This document shows positions 1-11,474 of a DNA stretch of 64,000 bases, piece by piece. Made by a program: the position numbers and the translations under genes. Location: the NCBI GenBank assembly GCA_963750165.1, contig CAVVPN010000012.1:96001-160000 (forward strand), given 5' to 3'. The DNA comes from an uncultured Gemmataceae bacterium. GTDB lineage: Bacteria > Planctomycetota > Planctomycetia > Gemmatales > Gemmataceae. The notes below the pieces were generated by a model. It worked only from the letters and a program-made list of their open reading frames with translations. It was not told the origin of the DNA and searched no databases. Numbering within the stretch: position 1 is the stretch's first letter; each line of letters begins with the position of its first letter.

Positions 1-1627
1 GTTCCGCCTCGCTGAGATTCCACGGCAGCCAGCCTTCCACATCCGCCGGCGGCGCACCCGCCGCTTCCGCGCACGCCGTCAGGTACGCCGTCAACCACGC
101 ACGCGGGTTCAGGTTCCACAGGCACAACGTCTGCAACAACCAGAAGAGCATGGCTGCCAACTGCCCCGCCCACACCGCACCACTGCCGTAGTAGTTCTTC
201 CGCCCCACCACCGGGCCCCGCTGCGCACGCTCCGCCGTGTTGTTATCCATCGGCACTTCCGGGTGCTCGACGAACACCGTCAAACCCGTCCAGTGGTTGC
301 CCAGGCTCTCCAGCACCTTCCGCCGGGCCGGGTGCAACTCCGCCGCCGCCAACTCCGACTCCCCCTGGGCGCCCAGGGCCGTCACCGCCGCCCGCAGCCG
401 CGCGTCGGCCACCGCGAACGCCGCGGCCTCCTGCCGCACCGCGAGACGCTCATCGTTGCGTTGGTAGACCGCGCTGATCCGCCCGACCCAGTCCAGCGCC
501 CAGCCGTCCTGGTCCGGCCAGGTTCGTGCCACGGTCAGGAAGTCCCGGCGCACATGGGCCCAGCAGAAGGCCAGCACGATCACGCCGCGTTTGACCTGGT
601 CCATGGCCTGGTAGGCCTTGTAGCGGTCCACCACCATAATCCCCGCCGCGTCCGGACCCAGGTGCTCTTCGGGCACGTCATGGGCGCGGCCCTGCGCCAG
701 GATAAAGACGACGACCTCCGCGGCGTGGACGACCCACAGATACCAGCGGAAACCCACCTTGCCCTCAAGGGTGGCGAACACCTGCCAGCGGGTCTCATCG
801 CCGTGCCACAACGGCTGCTGGCGGCTGTGCGCTGCCAACTGTTCGTAAACCGGCTCGAACAACGGCAGCAACCGCTGTAAGCCGTCGGTGACGGTGCCCA
901 GCGACAGATCCAGACCCTGCGTCTGCAGGTCGGCCAACAACCGATAGGTCGGGCGATAGAACAAGTATTTGTCCAGCAACAGCGTCACCCAAACCGAGAC
1001 GCCCAGCGTACTCTTGGGGATCACACGCGGTGCCGGAGGAGCGGTAACAACACCGGGGTGAACGCCGCAGTCACAGGTGGGACGATAGCGGTGGCGGCGG
1101 ATGACCCGGCGATGGGCCTTGACTTCGACCTCCAGGATGGTGGCGTCCTCGGTGCCGCCGACGGCTGCGAAGGCTTGACCGCAGTGCTGGCAGCAACACT
1201 GCTCCGGGGGCAGTTCGTGTTCTTCGACAGCCGCGGGGAGGTGCGTGTGGTCGCGGCGACGCGGCCCCGGCCGGCCGGGTTGCTGGCCACGCCGCCGGGG
1301 CGGTGGGGTAGTCGTGGTCGTGGTCGTGGTGGTGGCAGCGCGGGTCTCGGTCTTGCGGCCGAAGAGTTGTTGCTCACGCAGTCGCAGTTGGGCGCGGAGT
1401 TGCTCGATCTCCTGCTGCAGGAGTGCCTCCCGCTGGACGGCGCGTTGGTGCAGGGCTTTCCAGTAGCCGGCCTGCCGCCAGGGCTCGAACTCGACAGCCA
1501 GGCGTGGGCAGACGGGACAAGGGCCGTCCGGGAGTGGCGATGCCGAGCAGGCCGGGCCGGGAGGCGCGGTGGGCAAGGGAACCCGCAGCAGATCAGGGCC
1601 AACAGGGCCAGCCAACGTACCAGTCAT
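1..1627 (-). CDS. tnpC: IS66-family DDE transposase (TnpC-like), 3' end outside window
   Basis: Manually translated open frame from ATG 1627, absent from the ORF track because no stop is in the window. It shows a coiled coil then LFGRKTE, a C..CG zinc finger, HGDETRW, VDRYKAY, CWAHVRRDF and DNNTAERAQRGPVVGRKN. Confidence 0.9.
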   Translation of the reverse strand, partial: MTGTLAGPVGPDLLRVPLPTAPPGPACSASPLPDGPCPVCPRLAVEFEPWRQAGYWKALHQRAVQREALLQQEIEQLRAQLRLREQQLFGRKTETRAATTTTTTTTTPPPRRRGQQPGRPGPRRRDHTHLPAAVEEHELPPEQCCCQHCGQAFAAVGGTEDATILEVEVKAHRRVIRRHRYRPTCDCGVHPGVVTAPPAPRVIPKSTLGVSVWVTLLLDKYLFYRPTYRLLADLQTQGLDLSLGTVTDGLQRLLPLFEPVYEQLAAHSRQQPLWHGDETRWQVFATLEGKVGFRWYLWVVHAAEVVVFILAQGRAHDVPEEHLGPDAAGIMVVDRYKAYQAMDQVKRGVIVLAFCWAHVRRDFLTVARTWPDQDGWALDWVGRISAVYQRNDERLAVRQEAAAFAVADARLRAAVTALGAQGESELAAAELHPARRKVLESLGNHWTGLTVFVEHPEVPMDNNTAERAQRGPVVGRKNYYGSGAVWAGQLAAMLFWLLQTLCLWNLNPRAWLTAYLTACAEAAGAPPADVEGWLPWNLSEAE

Positions 1628-1692
1628 GCCAACCGTTGTAGTCCGGGACGCTCAGCTGGCCAGCGCAGCTGACCGGTTTACCGAATGCTTAC
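1..1692 (-). mobile_element. IS66-family element (single-ORF, ISBst12-like organisation), runs off the window start
   Basis: Minus strand begins GTAAGCATTCGG at 1692, an IS66-type GTAA terminus. Only 65 bp separate it from the transposase ATG, so there is no room for tnpA/tnpB. Confidence 0.85.
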
Positions 1693-3396
1693 CTGCCACA
1701 GTAGTTAAGTGTTGTGATGACCGGCACTTAACCATCTGTGGAGGCTCAAGATCATGGCTCCCGAAGTTACCGACCACCTTACCCTGTGGAACCTTGGCTC
1801 GCAACAACTCCTTATCGATTTCCAGGGCGGCCGCCTCGTCGCCGATGCCGGCCTGCTCGCCGTCCGCGCCCTGGAACGCCCCCTGCGCGTCATCGCTGAC
1901 CTCGCACCCCAACTGCCCGACCCGCGTTCCCCCAAGTTCATCCGCCACTCCGTCGAGGCGCTGCTCACCCAGGAGGTCTACGCCCTGCTCGCCGGCTACC
2001 CCGACCACAACGACCACGACGACCTCCGCGCCGACCCCCTCTTCCAGATCCGCGCCGACGTCAGTCCCGACGCCGAGCAACCCCTCGCCTCGGGTAGCAC
2101 GCTGGCGCGCTTCGCTTACGCCTTCAGCCGCCGCGATGCCGAACTGCCCCCCGAAGAACGGCCCGTCCTCCAGGAGGTCCGTGCCGCCCAGACCCAGCGC
2201 CTGAAGATCCTCAACCGCTACCTGGTGGACCTCTTCATCCGCACGCGCGGCCAGGCGCCGGCCGAGGTGATCCGCGACGCCGATGCCAGCGACGATCCCA
2301 CCCCTGGTGCGCAGGCCCTCAGCGGCTACCACGGCTACTACCGGCAGCATCAGTTCCTGCCCTTGCACGTCTACGAGGGGCACAGCGGCTTCCCCCTGGC
2401 CGTCTGGCTACGGCCCGGCGCCATCCACGCCAGCCTGGGGGCCGTGGACATCCTCGGGGCGATCGTCGCCGCCCTGCGCGCCGCCTGGCCCGAGGTCCGC
2501 ATCCTGGTGCGCGCCGACAACGGCCTGGGAGTGCCCGCCGTCTAGGAGTTCTGCGAAGCCGAGCACCTGGACTACGTCAGCGGTTACGCCAGCAATGCGG
2601 TGCTGGAGCGGGCCACGGCGGCAGCGCTGGCGGATGTGGAGTTGTACTACCAGTTTTATGGCGCGCGCGAGCCGCACGTGCAGCGTTTCGAGGAGGTGCG
2701 TGACTACCAGGCGGGCAGTTGGCCGCACGCGCGGCGGGTGATCGCCAAGGTGGAGATGAACCCGCACGGCAGTCAGCGGCGCTTCGTGGTCACGAACCGC
2801 TCCGAACCGCCGGCGGAGGTCTACCACGGGCTGTACACGCCGCGGGGCCAAGTGCCGGAGCAGCCGATCGGGGAGATGAAGAACGGCCTGCGCTGCGACC
2901 GGCTGAGCGCCTGCGGCTTCTGCGCCAACGCCTTCCGCTTGCTGGTGCATGCCCTGGCTTACGCGGTGGTGGTGCTCTTCCGGGAGGCGGCGGCAGCGGT
3001 GCCCGAGGTGGCGACGGCGTCCGTGGGGACGTTGCGGCAGCGCTTGTGGAAGGCCGGTGCCGTCGTGGTGACGAGCGCGCGGCGGATGTGGTTGCACGTG
3101 TCGGAGACCTGGCCGTACCGGGGGGTGTGGCTGCGGGTGCAGGCGGCAGTGGCGCGCTATGTGAGTCAGGTGGCTGGGCGGGTGCCAGTCGGTGAAGGGG
3201 TGGCCAACTGAGGGTTGGTGGCCTGGTAGACGGCCCGCGCGGCCGTCGGCGGGCGCGGTGTGCGCCGGGGGCGGGAAAAAGGGGTTGGCGCAGCTGCAAA
3301 AGCCCAGGACAACAGCTGCGCCAACCCACACAACCGAACGGCCTGTCATTCAAGAGATATTATGCGCCGGTAATGTCGCACGGTGCGTAATCCGGG
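1693..3396 (+). mobile_element. IS1380-family element, copy 1 (first 34 bp incl. left IR separated by the IS66)
   Basis: Near-identical to 12267-13970 at offset 10574. Right IR CGGTGCGTAATCCGGG lies at 3381-3396. Confidence 0.9.
1754..3211 (+). pseudogene. IS1380-family transposase with in-frame TAG at 2543-2545
   Basis: Motifs FQGGRLVADAGLL, GYPDHNDHDDLRADP, LVRADNG, R(F)VVTN and Y..RG...E..I.E.KNGL are present. ORFs 1754-2545 and 2600-3211 are in the same frame. Confidence 0.85.
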
Positions 3397-3418
3397 CTAA
3401 TGCAGTTGCAAGGGACCT

Positions 3419-3461
3419 GGTTGGCGTAACCGCAAGCGGGCCGCTTGCGGTCACGCCAACC
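3419..3461. repeat. REP-like palindrome / possible terminator downstream of mddA
   Basis: GGTTGGCGTAACCGCAAGCGG-G-CCGCTTGCGGTCACGCCAACC, with one mismatch. Confidence 0.75.
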
Positions 3462-3479
3462 ATGCAGCTTGTTTCTGCA

Positions 3480-4211
3480 CTAATCGCCCTTACCGACGCG
3501 GGGAATGAACCTGGGGACGCGTCCCTGGTACGCGCGATACGTGTCGCCGAAGTGGCCCACCAGGTCGCGTTCCTCGATGAGGGCGGCGACGGCCATGTAG
3601 AGCGTCAGTGAGCCGGCAAAGAGCAAGTGGCCCAGCGTCATGGTCGGCGTTGCCCAGAACGCCAGGGCCCAGCCCAGGTAAAGCGGGTGTCGCACGCGGT
3701 TGTAGGGCGGCGGCGTGCGGAAGGGCAGCGCCGTGTAGGGCCGCCCCCGCAGGTAGAGCCAGACCTGGCGGAGGCCGAACAGGTCGAAGTGGTTGATCGT
3801 CAGACTGACCGCGGGGACCGACAGCCAGCCCGCGGCGAACAGTCCCCACAGCAGCCCGCGCCCGACCGAATCCTGTACGTCCCAGATGACGGCGGTAAGG
3901 CCGCGCCACTGCCACATCAGGAAGAAGGTGGCCACGCATGAGATCAGGACATAGGTGCTGCGCTCGATCGGTTGCGGCACCAGCCGCGTCCAGTTTCGCT
4001 TGAACCACGGCCGCGCCATGAGCGAATGCTGCAACCCGAATAGCCCGATCAGCAGCAGATCGATGCCGACGGCGTAAAGGTGGTCTGTCGGCGCCGAGTC
4101 GATGGACTTCGGCACCAGGAAGTTGCCGACGAAGCCGGCCAGGCAAGCGTAGTTTGCCTGAAATAGCAGATAGCAGAAAACACCGTAGACAAAAAAGCTC
4201 CAGCGGCGCAT
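3480..4211 (-). CDS. mddA: Methanethiol S-methyltransferase-like (ICMT/NnrU family membrane methyltransferase)
   Basis: Motifs QHSLMARPWFK, IERSTYVL, INHFDLFGLRQV, VRHPLYLG..LAFWATPTMT.GHLLFA and EERDL. Start taken at MRRWSFF (4211), downstream of a CAGGAG RBS. Confidence 0.8.
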   Translation of the reverse strand: MRRWSFFVYGVFCYLLFQANYACLAGFVGNFLVPKSIDSAPTDHLYAVGIDLLLIGLFGLQHSLMARPWFKRNWTRLVPQPIERSTYVLISCVATFFLMWQWRGLTAVIWDVQDSVGRGLLWGLFAAGWLSVPAVSLTINHFDLFGLRQVWLYLRGRPYTALPFRTPPPYNRVRHPLYLGWALAFWATPTMTLGHLLFAGSLTLYMAVAALIEERDLVGHFGDTYRAYQGRVPRFIPRVGKGD

Positions 4212-4259
4212 GGGGATCTCCTGTTTGGACCGAATCAGCCTTGCAGATTGCGAATGGGT

Positions 4260-4319
4260 GTAGCGGCAGTCGCCAGACTTCCGAGCAGCACCGGACGGAA
4301 GTCTGGCGACTGCCGCTAC
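4260..4319. repeat. GTAG-type REP doublet (REPIN-like)
   Basis: 24-bp perfect arms GTAGCGGCAGTCGCCAGACTTCCG / CGGAAGTCTGGCGACTGCCGCTAC. Confidence 0.85.
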
Positions 4320-4340
4320 GCCCAACCGCAAACCGCTCTC

Positions 4341-7193
4341 TCACTGGATCAGCACGTTGTTGCCGGTGCCGCCGTCGAGGACGTCCTGCCCCGGCCCGCC
4401 GATCAGCACGTCGTCGCCGGCGCCGCCGAGCAGCGTGTCGTCGCCGGCACTGCCGATCAGCACGTCGTTGCCGTCGCCGCCGTCCGCCGTCAGCTGGACC
4501 GCGCCGGCGGCCAGCCCGGCGGCGGTCACCACGTCGTCACCGGCCAGGGCGTTGACGATCAGCCGATCGTTGGCCGCCTCGGTGCCGGTGATGTGGATGT
4601 GGGCCGCCAGACCGCTGACGTCGAGACCGGCCGCGTTGCCGATGACGGTGATGTTGTCCGCCCCCGCGGTGCCGTTGACGATGACGGTGTCGGCGGCGCC
4701 GTCGCCGGTGCCGCTGCCCGGCGGGGCCGCCAGGTCGAGGTTCACGTCGGTGACGCCGGTGCCGGTGAGGTCGTTGACGGTGATGGTGTCGGCGCCGCCC
4801 AGCGCCACGACGTTGACCTGCTCGACGCCATGCACGTCCATCGTCACGTTGCCGACATCGCGGAACAGCCGCAGGCGGTCGCCGTTGGCCGACAGGTCCA
4901 CGTGCTCGCCGACGTTGGACCCGTTGAACTGCAGCGTGTCGCGGCCGCCCTGGCCCTCGACGGTGTCGCTGCCGTCGCCGGGGTTCCACACGAACGTGTC
5001 GTCGCCCGCGCCCATCATGGCCACGTCGCTGCCCTGGCCGCCGATGATCAGGTCGTTCCCCGGACTGCCGATCAGGGTGTCATTGCCGGCGCCGCCGTTG
5101 ATGGTCAGACTGATCGCGCCGGCGTGCAGCGCGCTGGCGTTCACGGTGTCGTCGCCACCCAGGGCGTTGACCATGAGACTGTCGCCGGCCTCCTGCCCGT
5201 GAATGCAGACGATGGCGGCAAGCCCCGTGACTTTCACCCCAGTCGCCGACCCCGCCACCGTGATCGCGTCGGCGTCGTTGGTGCCGTTGACGGCGACGGT
5301 GTCAGCGGCGCCGTCGCCGGTGCCGCTGCCCGCCGGGGCCGCCAGGTCGAGGTTGACCTTCGTCACGTCGGTGCCGGTGAGGTCGTTGACGGTGAGGGTG
5401 TCGGCGCCGCCCAGCGCCGCGACGTTGACCCGCTCGACGCCGTTGACGTCCATCGTCACGTTGCCGACGTCGCGGAACAGACTCAGGCGGCTGCCGTTGG
5501 CCGACAGGTCCATGTTCTCGTTGGCGTTGGACCCGTTGAATTGCAGCGTGTCGCTGCCGTCCTGGCCCTCAACGGTGTCGCTGCCGTCGCCGGGGTTCCA
5601 CACGAACGTGTCGTTGCCGGCGCCCAGAAGGGCCACGTCGCTGCCGCGGCCGCCGATGATCGTGTCGTTGCCGTCGCCGCCGATCAGCACGTCATCGCCC
5701 TGGCTGCCGGTGATCGTGTCGTTGCCCGCGCCGCCGTCCACGGTCAGCTTGACGACGCCGGCGGGCAGCGTGGCCGCGCTCACGGTGTCGCCGCCGCCGA
5801 GCGCGTTGACGACCAGCGCGTCGTTGGCGCCTTCGGAACCCTGGACCGCCACGGCGGCGGCAAGGCCGGTCACGGTATAGCTGGTGCCGGCGCCCTGGAT
5901 GTCGATGCCGTCCTTGCCGTTGGTGCCGTTGACGATGACGGTGTCGGCGGCGCCGTCGCCGGTGCCGCTGCCCACCGGGGACCCCAGGTCGAGGTTCACC
6001 TGGGTGACATCGGTGTGGGACAGGTCGTTGACGGTGATGGTGTCCGCCCCGCCCAGGGCGTTGAAATTGATCGCCTCCACGCCGTGAAGGTCCATGCTGA
6101 TGTTGGCGACGTCGCGGGTGAACCGCACCCGCTGGCCGTTGGCGGCGATGTTGACGTTCTCGCTGACGTTGGCGCCGTTGAAGACCATCGTGTCGCTGCC
6201 GTCCTGGCCCTCGACGGTGTCGCTGCCGTCGCCCGGGTTCCAGACGAACGTGTCGTCGCCGGCGCCCATCATGACCACGTCGTTGCCGCGGCCGCCGACG
6301 ATCACGTCGTTGCCGTCGTCGCCGTTAATCACGTCGTTGCCGTCGCCGCCGATGATGGTGTCGTTGCCGTCGCCGCCGTTGATCGTCAGGCTGATCAGCG
6401 GGGCCAGGCCGTTGCCGCCCGTGAAGGTGTCGTCGCCGCCGTTCATGTTGACGACCAGGTTTTCGCTGGTGCCGATGTCCAGCGAGAACGGCGCCGGATT
6501 GGTGCGGTCGAAGCGCACCCGGGTGCCGTTGGCGACCGCGGTGAAGACCTCGGCGCCGTTGCCGCCATTGACTTCGATGGTGTCAGTGCCGTCGCCGCCC
6601 TCGTTGAGGTCGCTGCCGTCGCCGGGGTTCCAGATCAGCCGGTCGTTGCCGGCCTCGCCGAAGACCGAGTCGTTGCCCGCACCGCCCGTGAGGGTGTCGT
6701 TGCCGTCGCCGCCGAAGAGCTGGTCGTCGCCGCCCTGGCCCAGCAGCGTGTCGTTGCCGCCCTGGCCGAAGAGCAGGTCGTTGCCCGAGCCGCCCGTCAG
6801 GGTGTCGTTGCCGTCGCCGCCGAAGAGGTTCGCGGCCGGCAGGGCACCGTTGCTCTCGTCCAGCGTGATCGTGTCGTTGCCGGCCTGCCCGAAGACCTGG
6901 ATGAGCGCGGTGTTGGCGACCGTCGGCCCCCCCGGGGTCTGCACGTTGCCGCCGTTGACGAGGATGTTCCCCGCGGCATCCCGGCTGATGATGATCGTGT
7001 TGGCCTGGGCGTCGCCGATGACGGTCAGGATGCCCGTGCTCGGGGCGAACGACGCGGTCACCGCCGGGAGGATGCGCTCGTGGAGCGGCTCGACGGCCGG
7101 CAAGAAGTTCCACAGCCAGGGCTGCTTGCGGACGCGCCGGCAACCCTGCGGGTACTTCCGCTTCTGCAACCAGTTCAACCAGGACTTCAGCAT
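4341..7193 (-). CDS. Secreted RTX/hemolysin-type calcium-binding repeat protein, 950 aa
   Basis: Many GGxGxDxL nonapeptides and three ~205-aa internal repeats ([14 protein letters not shown]...[12 protein letters not shown]). The N-terminus has a basic region plus [11 protein letters not shown], a planctomycete extracellular motif. Confidence 0.9.
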   Translation of the reverse strand: MLKSWLNWLQKRKYPQGCRRVRKQPWLWNFLPAVEPLHERILPAVTASFAPSTGILTVIGDAQANTIIISRDAAGNILVNGGNVQTPGGPTVANTALIQVFGQAGNDTITLDESNGALPAANLFGGDGNDTLTGGSGNDLLFGQGGNDTLLGQGGDDQLFGGDGNDTLTGGAGNDSVFGEAGNDRLIWNPGDGSDLNEGGDGTDTIEVNGGNGAEVFTAVANGTRVRFDRTNPAPFSLDIGTSENLVVNMNGGDDTFTGGNGLAPLISLTINGGDGNDTIIGGDGNDVINGDDGNDVIVGGRGNDVVMMGAGDDTFVWNPGDGSDTVEGQDGSDTMVFNGANVSENVNIAANGQRVRFTRDVANISMDLHGVEAINFNALGGADTITVNDLSHTDVTQVNLDLGSPVGSGTGDGAADTVIVNGTNGKDGIDIQGAGTSYTVTGLAAAVAVQGSEGANDALVVNALGGGDTVSAATLPAGVVKLTVDGGAGNDTITGSQGDDVLIGGDGNDTIIGGRGSDVALLGAGNDTFVWNPGDGSDTVEGQDGSDTLQFNGSNANENMDLSANGSRLSLFRDVGNVTMDVNGVERVNVAALGGADTLTVNDLTGTDVTKVNLDLAAPAGSGTGDGAADTVAVNGTNDADAITVAGSATGVKVTGLAAIVCIHGQEAGDSLMVNALGGDDTVNASALHAGAISLTINGGAGNDTLIGSPGNDLIIGGQGSDVAMMGAGDDTFVWNPGDGSDTVEGQGGRDTLQFNGSNVGEHVDLSANGDRLRLFRDVGNVTMDVHGVEQVNVVALGGADTITVNDLTGTGVTDVNLDLAAPPGSGTGDGAADTVIVNGTAGADNITVIGNAAGLDVSGLAAHIHITGTEAANDRLIVNALAGDDVVTAAGLAAGAVQLTADGGDGNDVLIGSAGDDTLLGGAGDDVLIGGPGQDVLDGGTGNNVLIQ

Positions 7194-7250
7194 GGGTCAT
7201 AACCTCTGAGGGTGGAAAAACCAGGTGCCCCAGCACTGGGGCGCGTAAGG

Positions 7251-7280
7251 CAATGCGATGAAACGCATGCGGACCCATCA
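7251..7280 (-). promoter_or_regulatory. Putative ECF promoter TGATGGG-N15-TCGCATTG upstream of the RTX gene
   Basis: The same bipartite motif with the same spacing occurs at 11445-11474. Confidence 0.6.
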
Positions 7281-7353
7281 AGATGTGCAGATTTTTTTAT
7301 CAGGAGATGGAGGCGGAAGTGGCGTCGGCGTGCGGCTCGTCGCTGGCAGTTAG

Positions 7354-7418
7354 AGTCTGTTCCAAGAGCAGGTGGCGGCACGTTGGAAACGTGCCGCCAC
7401 CTGCTCTTGGAACAGACT
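7354..7418. repeat. Long perfect palindrome (GTGG-type REP core with extended arms)
   Basis: 31-bp arms AGTCTGTTCCAAGAGCAGGTGGCGGCACGTT / AACGTGCCGCCACCTGCTCTTGGAACAGACT with a 3-nt loop. Confidence 0.85.
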
Positions 7419-7419
7419 T

Positions 7420-10400
7420 TTACTTCCGGTCGATCCCGAGCAGTTCCTCGGCCTCGGCCCGGATGGCGTTCAACTCTTCGAGGGAATCGGGCCTGGGGTC
7501 GCGCCGCGCCGCGACCCAGCGGATCGCCCAGTCGTAATAGTCGCGGGCCCGCGTCGGCTCGCCCAGGCGGTGGTGGCTCATGGCCAAAAAGTACAGGTCG
7601 AAGGCCAGGACCCCGTCCTCTTGCTTTTCGACGTTGGCCCGTAGGACCGCCGCCGCCTCGCGGTAGCGGCCGGCGCGGTAATAGGCCACGCCCAGCGTGT
7701 TGCGGAAGTTCAAATCCTTCGGCGACAGCTGCACCGCTTTCTCGGCCAGGGGCACGGCGGCCTTCACGTCGCGCAGCGCCGCGGGCGCCGTCAGGTAAGC
7801 CCAGGCCAGGGCGTTGCAGGCCCAGGCCGTATTCGGGTCCTCCTTGACGATCCGGCGATACCGCTCGATCGCCTGCCGCGCCCGGTACGCGCGGGTCGAG
7901 GCGTTCGCCAGGTCGCCGAGTTCGACCTCGACCGACACGGGCGCGGCCGGTTTGCCGGCGGCGGGCGCGAACGCGGGCCAGTCCCAGTCCAGGTTCATGT
8001 CCTGCAGCTGCGTGCGGATCGCCCGCAAGTCCCAGACGTGGATCGCCCCGGCCAGCTTGGACACCACCACCAGTTGCGCGCCGTCGGGCGTGAAGCCCAG
8101 CCAGTTGGCCGTGTCGCCGAGCGGGTCCATGAGTTTGGCCACGGTTCGGTTGGTGGACACCTCGTTCAGGTGTACCACGGCCGGCGCCATCTCCAGGGCC
8201 ATCAGCCGGCCGTCTGGCGAGAACGCCACCTGGCCGGGGTACGGCGTGCCGGCGCGGGGCAAGTGCCGCACCAGCTGCAGGGTCTCCACGTCCCAGAAGC
8301 TGAACGCATCACCCCGGCAGATGATGAGCGTGCGGCTGTCAGGGGTGAACGTGACGAAATTCCGCTTCCCCAGCGTCCACTTGCGGGCCTCCCGGCCCGT
8401 GCGGGCGTCCCAGAGCCGGACCTCGTCCGAGTGCCAGCCGCTGCTCGCCGCCCAGCGGCCGTCCGCGCTGACGGCCCGGACCTCCCCTTGCGGATGGTGG
8501 CCCAGCTCGCGCCGCACCGCCCCCGTTTCCAGGTCCACGATCCGGTTGACGCCCCCCTCCTGCGTCGCCGCCCCCACCAGTCCGCCGTCCGGGCGGCGCG
8601 CGAACCAGACCCGGCCCAGGGGGGACAGCCGCCGCGGCGGCCCGAGCCGCAGCCGCTGCCCCGCCGGGTCGTCGCACGTGACCGGCCAGTGCAGCAGGCC
8701 CTCCGCGCCGCCCGTCAGGAGTCCCCGATAAGGGACGCCCCCGCCGCCGCCCGCGTGGGTGTCGAAGAACGCAAAGGGCGTAGGCGCGGGCAGCACGGCC
8801 AGCTCCCGGCCGCGGTGCAGGTCCCACACGCGGGCGCCTTCCTCCATGCCCACGACCAGCAGGCGGCCGTCCGCGCTGATGTCGCCGAAGAAGTTGTAGC
8901 TGCCCTTGCCGGCGCCGCGCTGCTGACCAGGGTGCGGTATTCGCGGGTCGGCGTCACCTCCAGCAGGTCGGCCCGGTCGCCGTCCCAGACGACCCCCAGC
9001 CAGCGGCCGTCGCCGCTGAAGTGCGGCTGGCTGGTGGCCGTCAGGCGCATCAGCTGCCGCCCCGAGGCCGGGTGCCACAGCAGCAACTGGCCGTCCCAGC
9101 CGTGTGAGGCCAGCAGCTCGCCGTCGGGGTGAAACGTCACGGTCGTGACCAGTTGCGCGTGGCCCTCCAGGGTCGCCACCTTGCGCCGCGCGGCCACGTT
9201 CCAGACCTGGATGCGCGGGTCGCTGCCGGCCACCGCCAGGCGCACCCCGTCCGGGTGCCAGGCGACGGTCTGCTGGCTCATCGGCCCCACGGGCAGTTCG
9301 GTGAGCGGCAGCCCGCTCGCCGCGTCGCACACGACCGTCACGGAGGCGTTGTACAGCCCGACGGCCAGTTTGCTGTTGTCCGGGTGGAACGCCAGCGAGT
9401 GCGCCGCGCCGGCAGCCGCCAGCGCTTCACCTCCTGCCCCGTCGCCAGGTCGAAGCAATGCACCCAGTCATTGCGGCCGACCGCCAGGCGCCGGCCGTCC
9501 GGGCTGAAGGCGTGCCCCCGACATTCGCGGATCTCGTCGCGCAGCACCGACGCGCCGTCGGCCACGCGCCACACGCGCAGCACGTTCTTCTCGTCGATGC
9601 CGATCAGGAAGCGCTCGTCAGGGCTGAAGTACAGGTAGTCGCCCGGGAACAGTCCCGAGTCGATCCGCCGGATTTCGCGGTCGTCGGGGATGCCGCGGAT
9701 GCTCAGGGCGTTCGAGCCGTCGGCGCGGGCGTAGAGGCGATACCGCCCGCCGTAGGCCACCGCGCCGGCGGGGCACGCGGCGCGCCAGCCCGGCACGCGG
9801 CGGACATCGGGCAGCGCCAGCGCGGCGATGGCCTCGTCGCGCAGGCGCTCGTCGGAGCGGAGGCGGGCAGCAGCGGCCAGGGCGGCGAGCGTGTCGAGGC
9901 GCTGGCCCGATTGCCGGCTCAGGCGGTTGGCGCGGGCCTGGTTCAGCAGCGCCAGGAACAGGCGGTCCTTGGCGGCGCGCTCGCTCTGCTGCGCCGCCGC
10001 CAGTGCGGCCTGCTTGTCTTCCAGGGCGCGGGCCTTCTGGTTCGCCTCGTGGACGGCGGCGTCCTGCGCGGCGACGGCGAGGAGCAGGTTCCAGGTCGTG
10101 CCGATGATGCCGCCGACCAGCGCCAGCAGCACCAGCGCGGCGGCCAGCACCGACCCCCGATTCCGCCGCACGAACTTGCGCAGCCAATACCCCAGCGTCG
10201 GCGGGCACGCCTGGACCGGCTCGTCGTCCAGGTAGCGCTGCACGTCCGCCGCGAAGGCGCTGGCGGACTCGTAGCGCTGGCGGCGGTCCTTCTCCAGCGC
10301 CTTCATCACGATCCAGTCCAGTTCGCCGCAGACGAGCTGGCGCAGCTGCCGCGGGTCGGTCTGGCGCTGCGCCGACACGGCGGTCAGCGTCCCGCCCAGC

Positions 10401-11364
10401 GTGCTCAGACGCACGCTCGGTCGGGGCGGTTCCTCCTCGCGGATGATGCGGCGCATCTCCCCATAGCCCAGCCGGGCGAAGCGCTCGCGGTCGAACGGGG
10501 TCGTGCCGGTCAGCAGTTCGTACAGCAGCACACCGAGGCTGTAGACGTCGCTGCGGACGTCCACGTCGAGGGCGTCGATCTCGGCCTGCTCTGGGCTCAT
10601 GTACAACGGCGTGCCGATCATCTGCGTGAAGTGCGTGTAGATGGTCTTGTCGGTCAGGCGCTGGCCGATGGCCTTGGCGACGCCGAAATCGATCACCTTG
10701 ACCACCGGCACCCCGTCGTGCGGCGCCACCAGCACGTTACTCGGCTTGAGGTCGCGATGGATGATCCCCTTGCCGTGGGCGTGCTGCACCGCCTGGCAGA
10801 CCGACACGAACAGTGCCAGCCGCTGGCGGGCGGTGAACTTCCGACGGTCACAGTACTCAACGAGGGGCACGCCCTTGACCAGTTCCATGACGAAGTACGG
10901 CCGGCCGTTGTCGGTGGTGCCGCCGTCGAGGACGCGGGCGATGTTGGGGTGATCCATCAGCGCCAGCGCCTGCCGCTCCTGCTCGAAGCGGGCGACGGCG
11001 TCGCGGCTGCCCATGCCCGCTTTGATGAGCTTCAGCGCCACCTTGCGGCGCACCGGCTGCTGCTGCTCGGCGACGAAGACGACGCCCATGCCGCCCTCGC
11101 CGATCTGCTCCATGAGCCGGTACGGGCCGATCACGGTGCCGGGCCGCTCCTCGATCGGTGGCAGGTCGGCCGCGCCCAGCAGCCCGGCGCGGGCACGGTC
11201 AGGAAGTCGGTGGCCCGGGGGTAGGCGGACAGCAGGCGTTCGACGTGCCGGCGCAGGTCCGCGTCGTGGCCGCAGGCCGCGTCCAGGAAGGCAGTCCGCT
11301 CCGGGTCGGAGGGCTTATCGAGGGCGGCGAAGAGAATGGCTTCGACGGCGGTGAGGTTGATCAT
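7420..11364 (-). CDS. Ser/Thr protein kinase with TM helix, WD40 repeats and C-terminal TPR (about 3 apparent frameshifts near 11180, 9415, 8915)
   Basis: Motifs [24 protein letters not shown] and [12 protein letters not shown]40 (FHPDG..LAS/W) and TPR segments continue across ORFs 11131-11475, 9338-11134, 8715-9458 and 7420-9330. Confidence 0.85.
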
Positions 11365-11444
11365 GCAAGGCTCCCTGGGCCGGGGCGGGTCCGGCGCCGC
11401 GGTGTCGCGCGCCGGGCGGCACCTGCCGGGACAGCCCCAGAAGA

Positions 11445-11474
11445 CAATGCGACGAATCGGCCCCCGGCCCATCA
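11445..11474 (-). promoter_or_regulatory. Putative ECF promoter TGATGGG-N15-TCGCATTG upstream of the kinase, overlapping the ECF stop codon
   Basis: Matches the motif at 7251-7280. Confidence 0.6.

Noticed and set aside
1021..1602. 193-aa minus-strand ORF as IS66 accessory gene tnpA/tnpB
   Set aside because: It is an out-of-frame overlap with the continuous TnpC frame and has no TnpA or TnpB motifs.
2543..2545. Genome-wide TAG recoding
   Set aside because: No other gene shows internal TAGs. The 16-kb ORF is open under the standard code and TAG appears to terminate ORFs such as GH15.
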